Assembly: GCA_043825735.1 (NCBI GenBank)
Contig: JBDRRP010000108.1
Location: 62,001 to 98,377 of the forward strand
Origin: Pseudomonadota bacterium
GTDB lineage: Bacteria > Desulfobacterota > Desulfobacteria > Desulfobacterales > JBDRRP01
Reading direction: 5' to 3'
DNA: 36,377 bases
The notes beneath the pieces were generated by a model, which saw only the letters and a program-made list of their open reading frames with translations, searched no databases and was not told where the DNA came from. Position 1 is the stretch's first letter. Each line of letters begins with the position of its first letter. Below are positions 19,448 through 27,103 of the stretch, piece after piece. Position numbers and translations under genes: made by a program.

Positions 19448-19538
19448 GATTGAATCCTCCCTTGAGGTATGGTGCTGATAGAATGCATCTGAAGTTTGTC
19501 TAAAGACCAACTGGCGATTTGTGCATAAGCGCATTCAA

Positions 19539-19844
19539 TTATCCAGGTTTGCGGCGGATATAAAGCTCCTTTTCAACCCGGGCCACTACATCCCCGGCCC
19601 GGTCAACGACATCCACGGCAAGCACCGGGCAGTATCTGGCCCCGTTTTGCGTTTGCCGCATCGCTTCGTCGAGCCGTTCCTGAGGCAGCCGGAACCGCGC
19701 GGTCACCATGCCCTTTCCCGGGCGCTTGAATGTGATCGCCGCCGACTTGTCCCAGACGATATATTCCGGCCCCAGGTTTTTCATCACCAAAAGCATGAAA
19801 AACGGATCGGTCATGGCGTAGAGACTGCCTCCAAAGTGGGTGCC
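19539..19844 (-). pseudogene. 5'-truncated DUF4442 (YiiD-C/hot-dog thioesterase-like) gene
   Basis: Reads [16 protein letters not shown]...ELYIRRKPG*; in-frame TAA a few codons upstream; lacks the N-terminal ~55 aa present in the adjacent copy. Confidence 0.8.
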
Positions 19845-19966
19845 GTTTCTGTTAGTGCAATGTACTTAGCCGACACTAATAGTTTGCTCTGTTTCACCTG
19901 TTGACAAAATCTAATTCTACGACGAAAGAAGATCAAACGCAAACTTCGACAGGACGTAAGACACTC

Positions 19967-20446
19967 ATGGGATTCATTCACAGACTGACAAATGATCGCC
20001 GCTTCATGAAACTGCTTTTAAACTGCTATCCTCCTTATATAGGTGCTGGCATTCGTGTGTCCAGAATATCGCAGGATTTCCGCGAACTGGACGTTTCTAT
20101 GGGATTGCACTTTTATAATCGCAATTATGTGGCCACCCATTTTGGCGGAAGTCTTTACGCTATGACAGATCCCTTTTTCATGCTCATGGTGATGAAGAAC
20201 CTGGGACCGGGATATATAGTCTGGGACAAGTCAGCTAAGATCACTTTCAAAAAGCCAGGAAAGGGCAGGGTGACGGCTCGCTTTCGGCTGTTGCAGGCGC
20301 AGCTTGACGAAGCGGCAGCCCTGACAATCAACGGTGCACGGTACTGTCCTGTATTCTCTGTGGATGTTGTAGATCAAGCTGGTGAGGTGGTGGCACTGGT
20401 TGAAAAGGAACTCTATATCCGCCGAAAGTCTGTAGATACTAACTAA
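19967..20446 (+). CDS. Complete DUF4442 hot-dog fold protein
   Basis: [42 protein letters not shown] 19967 preferred over TTG 19901. Confidence 0.88.
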   Translation: MGFIHRLTNDRRFMKLLLNCYPPYIGAGIRVSRISQDFRELDVSMGLHFYNRNYVATHFGGSLYAMTDPFFMLMVMKNLGPGYIVWDKSAKITFKKPGKGRVTARFRLLQAQLDEAAALTINGARYCPVFSVDVVDQAGEVVALVEKELYIRRKSVDTN

Positions 20447-20473
20447 CCGCTAACACATACCTCAGCACTACAG

Positions 20474-20509
20474 AATCCCCTTGTTGTTTCGGCAGCAAGG
20501 GGGATTTTT
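20474..20509. terminator. Intrinsic terminator between convergent genes
   Basis: AATCCCCTTGTTGT-TTCG-GCAGCAAGGGGGATTTTT hairpin with U-tract. Confidence 0.8.
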
Positions 20510-20559
20510 GTTGCAATTTGCTGCGATGGTATAAGAAAACTGCCTATAGATATAAAAAC

Positions 20560-21330
20560 TCATGAAGTAGTTTCTGTTATATTTTCCAAGTCGGGAAAAA
20601 TCAAGTACCTGGGCGGCAGTTTTCCTAATTGAACTTCGCTATTCAATTTGCCAAATAGAGATATTAGTTCAGTCAAGATTTTATTTAGCTTTTCAGATTC
20701 TATAGAAACCTGCTTAAGGTTATCGTCAATACTACGGACATTTGAGCCTGAAAGGTAGTACTCCACTTCGGCAATTTCAGTCGCCTCATAAATAAATTCT
20801 TTTGCCGATTCTAACTTATCTATAAGGCCTTGAAATAACTTTTCATAATAGAAATGCCTTTCTCTTATTTCATTTCTTCCAAACATTTTAGAAGGGATAA
20901 AAAGTCTCGATAGCTCTAATGAATCTTTAGATTGTGCTAATGCTACCTTACAATTATAAAAGATTTCAATATTAATAATTATGGTTTCAAACAACTTAGC
21001 AATTTTAAACATCAACTTATCATCAGAAGAGTTTGTGATTAAATTATCATATCTTGTTTTAAGGGCTTCAATTTCTAATTGTTTATCTAATTTTATTCTT
21101 TTTTCATTAAGATCAATTAGACTCTGAATCTTTTCTGGGTTATAAATATCAGCTATTCCTTTATAACTATCCATTAATTTACTTTGATCCAGCAGAGTTG
21201 ATCTAAGACTTGATATTTCAATGGATAATGTTTCAATTTTCTGCTTTTGGTACTTTATAGTAAACAAAAACCCAATAGACAGAATAACCGTGTTTACAAT
21301 TTCTATCCAATGATTGATAAGCCAGTCCAT
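20560..21330 (-). CDS. AT-rich hypothetical protein, N-terminal TM helix plus helical/coiled-coil region
   Basis: 256-aa ORF in strongly AT-rich DNA; GAAGGGTG RBS; hydrophobic IVNTVILSIGFLFTI. Confidence 0.8.
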   Translation of the reverse strand: MDWLINHWIEIVNTVILSIGFLFTIKYQKQKIETLSIEISSLRSTLLDQSKLMDSYKGIADIYNPEKIQSLIDLNEKRIKLDKQLEIEALKTRYDNLITNSSDDKLMFKIAKLFETIIINIEIFYNCKVALAQSKDSLELSRLFIPSKMFGRNEIRERHFYYEKLFQGLIDKLESAKEFIYEATEIAEVEYYLSGSNVRSIDDNLKQVSIESEKLNKILTELISLFGKLNSEVQLGKLPPRYLIFPDLENITETTS

Positions 21331-21372
21331 ATTTCACCCTTCAGTCAATTGCGATCAGTGAGCTTTAATTAA

Positions 21373-22485
21373 CTATCTAATCAGTTTATCAATTGTTTTC
21401 TCAAGCAATTTGAAAATTGAGCTAGCTTTAACGGCTTTATCTTCACTGTCTGCTTTAACTTCCTGCCCAAAAAACTTTTCGGTAAATTTTTCTTTAATTG
21501 CATCTTGTTTTTCTTTGGGCAGCAATTCCAGATAAGGTCCAATTGAAGTTAATTCTAATTCCATTTTTCTATTATATATCTCGTTCTTTCTGTGCATCGA
21601 AGATTGCTGTGCCGAGTAGCCTGCGGGGACTAAAAGTATTATAGCTATAAACAATCTAAATAGCGCAATCTGCCAACTGAAACCATTAGCGTCTATTCCG
21701 TAAACAAACCATGCTACAACTCCAGCAGCAATAACCATAAAAAAGATTGCAGTGTTCCTAAAGTTGTCAGCAAGGCGTTTTTCTTCATTTGCAATTTTTT
21801 TGTAGTTCCCAGTTATTCCATGATCTGCAATAATGTTTACAATTTCCCTGGCTTTTTTGGCTTGAGATTGTAAGTCTTTAATAATTTCATTTGAGTCATG
21901 GTCAATTGATTTTTTCATTACATCAATTTTTTCTGCAAATAGGTTTAGCTTAGTTTCAATTACATTTTTTAACTTATCCTGTTGAGTATTAAGGCTATCT
22001 TTAAGAATCGCTATAGAAGTTGCTGCCTCTGACGCATTTTTTTCAATTATCTTTGCTTGTTGGTTGTTGAGATCGCTTTTTAAGGTTTCAAATTCTTTAC
22101 GTCTTCTATCTTCACCTTCTGAAAATTGACCTTGAAAAGCATTGATTGCAGTGTCAATTCTTTCTGTTTGTCTTTCAACTTTTTCGTTATAATCCATGGA
22201 AGCCGATTGAATAATATTGAGTTGTTCTTTAAGATCAGTAATACTCTTTAGAAAATCTTTCTTAGTAGAGTTTATGTTTGAAATAACTTTTCCATATTCA
22301 TCGATAAATTTATTATTTGCGTTATAGGCTCTGATTGTATCATCATTATCCTTTACATCATATACCCTTGGAAGATTTAAATAAAAATTTTCTACTCTTG
22401 AATTTGCACTTGTTAATTGATCAACAGCATTAGTGTTTTTAAAACTAACTAAATCACTTTTTATGTTTTGCAAAATATTATTCAC
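21373..22485 (-). CDS. AT-rich coiled-coil protein with two C-terminal TM helices; probably 5'-truncated by the IS
   Basis: Long heptad-like region, two hydrophobic helices, ELELTSIGPYL..L tail; GTG start is formed at the IS boundary. Confidence 0.75.
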   Translation of the reverse strand: MNNILQNIKSDLVSFKNTNAVDQLTSANSRVENFYLNLPRVYDVKDNDDTIRAYNANNKFIDEYGKVISNINSTKKDFLKSITDLKEQLNIIQSASMDYNEKVERQTERIDTAINAFQGQFSEGEDRRRKEFETLKSDLNNQQAKIIEKNASEAATSIAILKDSLNTQQDKLKNVIETKLNLFAEKIDVMKKSIDHDSNEIIKDLQSQAKKAREIVNIIADHGITGNYKKIANEEKRLADNFRNTAIFFMVIAAGVVAWFVYGIDANGFSWQIALFRLFIAIILLVPAGYSAQQSSMHRKNEIYNRKMELELTSIGPYLELLPKEKQDAIKEKFTEKFFGQEVKADSEDKAVKASSIFKLLEKTIDKLIR

Positions 22486-24014
22486 TCAACTTTCGGGATT
22501 CGTTGAGAAGCTGATATTTCTGTTTCTCACGAGGCCCAAAGTATTCATGGTCACATCCATGGCTACATAGAAAAAGGCCTCGAACGTTTTCTGGCAATAG
22601 GATCCAATGAATCGCAATCGATCTGCCGCCGAGGTCAGTATACGCATCAGCGCTTCAAGGAACGAAATATCGCGTATCTCCTCGCAGCAGGCATGGAACA
22701 AATCTCCGAAACTGCGGTGATCTGTTGATAATCGGCAGTGATAAGCCAAAAACATATATCGCATGAACACGATGCTGGTGTGGCCAATCAAGGCATCGAA
22801 GTCACGGCATTGAATTTCCTTGGCCAAGCACAGGTGCTGCTTGATCATCTTGAAGAAAACCTCGATGTCCCAGCGTTTTCCGTAGATACGGACAATCTCT
22901 TCATCGGGCAAATCAATGTCGGTAGACAAGATCGCCAGCCAGTCCCTTTTGGTTCTGTCGCGGACGAATACCAGTTTACACGGCAACCCACTGGAGAGCG
23001 TTACAACTGTACTTGCAAGGATTTTGGCCCGACCCCGGCGTTTTTTCAGTCGACGATAGATGGCCATCAGATCCATATTTTGGCCTTGAAAACGATAGTG
23101 AACCGTTCGGATCTTTTTCACCATCCCGATTACCGGCACCAGGCCGGCAAGGGATGTGACCGTGGCCGGCATGGTGAACCAACTGTCCATCAGTAGATAC
23201 CGTGCCGTCAAGCCCGCCTTTAATGCGCGCTTAACCATATCGCCGAGATGGTCTGTAGCTTTCACGGTGGCCTCCGCTCGACGCTGATGGGCGCAGCAAC
23301 GCCGGTCCACTGACTTGATCGTTTGGCAAAGACGTTTTTGCTCATCAGATGAAGACAGCAGTGCGAAATCTACGGGCAGGCAACTGGCACCATCGGACCA
23401 GCACAATGTCAGCATACGGAAGCCTTTGATGTATTTGCCCGTCGAGTGGTCGTAGACAGGCGATAGCAGTTCAACTTTCTTGGATCGTGATCGGTCGTAA
23501 ATGCTGTCGTCGATGATGAAAACAGATTCTCGATCGTCATCGGTCAAGCGGTTGAAGACCATGAATATCCGCCTGGCCAGGGACAATACCAGCTTGCGCC
23601 AGTTATGCCGTACGCCTTTGAGCAGCTCGTAGGCGGCATCTTTTCCGAACGGCTGGTTTTGGTTCAGGACAATACCGCGGTAAAAATTTTGTCCCATAAA
23701 CGAGAGCTTGAAAATCGACTGTGTCAAAGAGCAAACGCTGTGGCCATGTCTTTTTCGGATGCCACATTGATGAAGCAAAGTGCCGATCCGGAATCGATTG
23801 AAGAAAGTATCAATTTGCCCGTGAGCGCGAATGTCTGCTTGCGATTGGGAGCTAATCTTGCTATGGTCCATTTGAGCCCTTTCCTGTTGATATTATTGTG
23901 AATTGTCGCAAATCCACTATAAATCAACGGATTGGGCTCTTCAACTTATTTCTTCATGAAATCAGCAAGATAGGTCATATTTTTACTGCCCAAGCTCAAC
24001 CCCGAAAGTTGAGT
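22484..24014 (-). mobile_element. IS4-superfamily insertion sequence
   Basis: 14-bp terminal inverted repeats ACTCAACTTTCGGG (22484-22497) and CCCGAAAGTTGAGT (24001-24014) around a DDE transposase; no flanking direct repeat. Confidence 0.9.
22486..23871 (-). CDS. DDE transposase (IS4-like)
   Basis: IIDDS, LLMDSWF, YGKRWDIEVFFKMIKQ (Y-R-E-K type signature); stop codon lies within the IR. Confidence 0.93.
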   Translation of the reverse strand: MDHSKISSQSQADIRAHGQIDTFFNRFRIGTLLHQCGIRKRHGHSVCSLTQSIFKLSFMGQNFYRGIVLNQNQPFGKDAAYELLKGVRHNWRKLVLSLARRIFMVFNRLTDDDRESVFIIDDSIYDRSRSKKVELLSPVYDHSTGKYIKGFRMLTLCWSDGASCLPVDFALLSSSDEQKRLCQTIKSVDRRCCAHQRRAEATVKATDHLGDMVKRALKAGLTARYLLMDSWFTMPATVTSLAGLVPVIGMVKKIRTVHYRFQGQNMDLMAIYRRLKKRRGRAKILASTVVTLSSGLPCKLVFVRDRTKRDWLAILSTDIDLPDEEIVRIYGKRWDIEVFFKMIKQHLCLAKEIQCRDFDALIGHTSIVFMRYMFLAYHCRLSTDHRSFGDLFHACCEEIRDISFLEALMRILTSAADRLRFIGSYCQKTFEAFFYVAMDVTMNTLGLVRNRNISFSTNPES

Positions 24015-24876
24015 AATAAATGATGGGGAAGCCTACGAATTTGGTTCCGACATTCACATTGGGCTATTTAAGGATATCACGATACATGGCGGAGGTAGGT
24101 TAGTCACCCATGGCGACCAAGTCGTTGAGGTCTTTGACTTTATCCATGGTATCCCCCAAAAGGATAAACCTTCGCCGTTGATTGTTAATTACAGTGCTCA
24201 TGGATCAAATGGACAGGATGGTCGTGCGGGAGTTAATGGAAATAATGGCCAAAATGGCTCGGACGGTGAATATTATGCGTTCCCAACGGTCAATGGTGGC
24301 CAGGCGGACTATAACAATTTGAAGTATATTACAGTAAAAGAAGCAACTGAGGGAGAAAAAGGTCAGCCAGGCCAAGGTGGAGGAGTAGGCAGTCAGGGTG
24401 AAAGAGGAACTGACGGCGGTCTTCTTGTCATCAAGGCTAAGGAAGTTAAAGATGTCGTAATCCGCGCGTACGGAGGAACGGGAGGCAATGGCGGAAACGG
24501 GGGGCATGGTGGTAATGGGGGGGATGGGGGAAAGGGGGGCTCTGCTTGGGTGTTATGGTGTGGATTTTCTCCCTGGTTTAAGCTGCTGATAAATGGCGGC
24601 CCCGGTGGTGATGCTGGTGACGGGGGGGATGGGGGAAATGCAGGTAATGGGGGGAGTGCCCCTGCTGTCGAGGTATTCGCTGCAACAAAACCAGGATTGG
24701 TAATTGATATTCGAAACGGTATGCACGGTATGCCTGGGCAGGGTGGTCAACCCGGAACCCCTGGAAGCGGGGGTCGTAGAGGTGGGAGTGGCGCAAGAGC
24801 CGCAAGTGGGGCTCAAGGATCGCCAGGTAGCATCGGCAACTTTCTAACCGATACTGCCTGGGCTGAAGGAGACTAA
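24013..24876 (+). pseudogene. Glycine-rich collagen/PGRS-like repeat protein, 5'-truncated at the IS end
   Basis: Frame open from 24013 (VINDGEAYEFGSDIHIG...) to TAA 24876 with no start at the front; G-X-Y and GG-X repeat blocks. Confidence 0.7.
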
Positions 24877-24969
24877 CCTTTAAAACGCATCGAGAATTCT
24901 CACCACCCAGCTACCTACAATCTCGGTCCTTAGAATCGATAAGGTCTAACCCCGGCAAAAGGAGGCCCC

Positions 24970-25713
24970 ATGCCAGCCATCTCCATAGAAACGCAGGATA
25001 ATATCGTCACCATCCGCCTGACCAACGGCGTGACCAACGCCATCTCACCTGAAATGGTGTCGGAACTGGACGCGGCACTGACCGAAACTGCGATCGCCGC
25101 CCACGGCGTCGTCATTGCCGGCGGAGAGAAATTTTTCAGCATGGGGTTTGATCTGCCGCGGTTGATTGACATGGATCGCACAGGCATCGGCGCATTTTTC
25201 ACGGCCTTCAATGACATGCTCCTGCGACTGTTCACCCTGCCCGTCCCTACGGCCTGCGCCATGACCGGGCATGCGGTGGCCGGCGGGTACATCATCGCGC
25301 TGGGCGCCGATGTGCGCATCGCCGCGCCAAAGGTGAAACTGGGACTGAACGAGATCAAGCTGGGGCTGCCGGTGCCCTATCTGGCAGATATGATACTGCG
25401 CCTTGCCGCGCCAGACCGCGTGGCCACCGAGGTGCTTTACCTTGGGAATTTTATGGCCGCAGCCGAGGCTGCCCCGCTGGGACTAGTGGACGCCGTCGTT
25501 TCCAAAGAAACGGTTGAGACGGAGGCCATGAACCGAATCAGCGCATTGACCGCCAATTCGGGACCAGCCTTTGCTACAATGAAGGCCGCCCGCAATGAAA
25601 CCGTCTGCCGTCGATACGCGCAAAACGGCAAGGCCATGGCCGATCGCTGGCTTGACTGCTGGTTCAGCGCGCCGGCGCAGTCGCTGATGCGGGCGGCGGC
25701 GGAGAAGTTCTAA
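24970..25713 (+). CDS. Enoyl-CoA hydratase/isomerase family protein
   Basis: NAIS, FFSMGFDL, GHAVAGG, GLNEIKLG; AGGAGG RBS. Confidence 0.93.
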   Translation: MPAISIETQDNIVTIRLTNGVTNAISPEMVSELDAALTETAIAAHGVVIAGGEKFFSMGFDLPRLIDMDRTGIGAFFTAFNDMLLRLFTLPVPTACAMTGHAVAGGYIIALGADVRIAAPKVKLGLNEIKLGLPVPYLADMILRLAAPDRVATEVLYLGNFMAAAEAAPLGLVDAVVSKETVETEAMNRISALTANSGPAFATMKAARNETVCRRYAQNGKAMADRWLDCWFSAPAQSLMRAAAEKF

Positions 25714-25718
25714 AAACT

Positions 25719-25890
25719 AATTCAGGAATTCAGGGATTTAGGAATTGCGCCTATACGGCTTAAAAAGCGGCAGGAATTGGGGATTCCGAATTTAGGGATT
25801 TGCCCGCTGGAGGTTTGTGGTGGATTGGGGAACGGTGGGGGGGCGCCTTCGGCGCGTTCCAGGTTCCAAGTTCCAGGTTCCTGGTTCAAC
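25719..25890 (+). repeat. Short tandem arrays (8-mer AATTCAGG-like; 7-mer GTTCCAG-like x5)
   Basis: AATTCAGG AATTCAGG GATTTAGG from 25719; GTTCCAG GTTCCAA GTTCCAG GTTCCTG GTTCAAC at 25856-25890. Confidence 0.75.
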
Positions 25891-26088
25891 TGCTTTTGTT
25901 CAGGTTTTTGCCCTTCTGTGTCATCTGCGATTCATTGTTTTCAAACCAAAGATAAACGGCAAGACATTGAAACGCCAAACGAACCAAAGACGAGAAGTTT
26001 TTCCGAATCGGACCATCGGGGGACTTCAGGGAACGCCCCTGAACCGCGTCCTGATTCGCTATGGCGCCATTTCTGCCAAAATCAACGC

Positions 26089-26682
26089 TCAGCCGAGCAT
26101 CACCAATGCCACCACCGGTGCCGTCGCCGCGTCACGGTCACTGGCGCGGTTCATTTTCCAGCCGGCGGTTTCCATCAAGCGTGTGACGTCGATGCCGAAC
26201 CCGCTCATGGAGGGGCGCGCCGCATCCGGGTACCGGCAGCCGCCGACCCCGCCCACCACGGCACAGTCTGCATGATCGAAGCAAAAGAGATGCCGGCACG
26301 AGCCGCCGGCCAGCGCCGCCGCATCCGGCCATCCCAAGGCCGCGGCCGCCCGCTCCACGCCGGCGGCGATCTCGTGAAGCAGGCGCATCACTTCCCGCCG
26401 CTGGCTGGACAAAAGGATCTCCGTCGGGACATCGATACGGATCACAATGGCCCGTGAGAAATCACCAAAGCGCGTTTTGAAATCTTCCGGCCCGCCGACA
26501 TACGGCGGGCAGCTGGGGGCCTGACCGTAGTGATCGCACTGATCCGCGTTGCACAGGGCGGCCAGATCGTCTCGAAGCACGATGTCGCCGGCATCGATAA
26601 CAGCAGCGGCGGCGGCGCCCGAGTGACAGGCCCGGTGAGTCAAGGCTTCAAAAGCGGCGGTGGTGTCCTGGACAAGTGTCAT
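26089..26682 (-). CDS. DUF2284-like Cys-rich metal-binding protein
   Basis: CNADQCDHYGQAPSCPP, AGGSCRHLFC, CRYPDAARPSMSGFGIDV. Confidence 0.85.
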   Translation of the reverse strand: MTLVQDTTAAFEALTHRACHSGAAAAAVIDAGDIVLRDDLAALCNADQCDHYGQAPSCPPYVGGPEDFKTRFGDFSRAIVIRIDVPTEILLSSQRREVMRLLHEIAAGVERAAAALGWPDAAALAGGSCRHLFCFDHADCAVVGGVGGCRYPDAARPSMSGFGIDVTRLMETAGWKMNRASDRDAATAPVVALVMLG

Positions 26683-26771
26683 GGTGATAACCTTAAAAGG
26701 GACCTGAAGGACAAAAAGGACCTAAACGAAAACACACCCAGGCGCACAGCGCAGGGTTTCTAAGGCAAAGA

Positions 26772-26906
26772 TGATGAACCCGTAAAAAGTGATTTTCAAC
26801 CACAGAGACCGCAGAGGGCCGCAGAGAATATACTAAATAATTAGCAAGTTATCTCTGCGCTCTCGGCGTCCTCTGTGGTGATTTCAGACTTTTTACACGG
26901 CCATCA
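26772..26906. mobile_element. MITE family A, copy 2
   Basis: Ends TGATGAACCCGTAAAAAGT / ACTTTTTACACGGCCATCA; flanked by AAGA direct repeat. Confidence 0.85.
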
Positions 26907-26924
26907 AAGATGGCGCCTGTGGCA

Positions 26925-27102
26925 CCGTGACCATTCACAGGCGGTAGGTTTTGGTTCCTGGCACTTGTCCGCCGAAGCCTTGGCGAAGGCGGAAGGCCTG
27001 AGCATTTTCGAAACCGGAGGAATAGCAGCGCTATTTCGAGGATTTCGAAAAGTGCGATAACGCAGCTCTGGGCCAAAAGATGCCGTCTGTGAACGGACAC
27101 GG
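26925..27102. mobile_element. MITE family B with a nested short palindrome
   Basis: Ends CCGTGACCATTCACAGGCGG / CCGTCTGTGAACGGACACGG; internal hairpin TTTTCGAAA...TTTCGAAAA; nested hairpin 26964-26995. Confidence 0.75.
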
Positions 27103-27103
27103 A

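Noticed and set aside
19852..19879. dif/Xer site or integron attC
   Set aside because: Length is 28 bp but there is no XerD arm (TTATGTTAAAT-like) and no paired RYYYAAC/GTTRRRY boxes; kept only as an unassigned end candidate.
22483..22488. Selenocysteine read-through of the transposase TGA
   Set aside because: The TGA is part of the terminal IR and the downstream AT-rich sequence shows no SECIS-like hairpin.
26849..27100. Small ORFs (83 aa -, 61 aa +) in the repeat stack, and 34805-35059
   Set aside because: They are translations of MITE sequence; the shared VKS.KSPQR..RAQR tail comes from the repeat.
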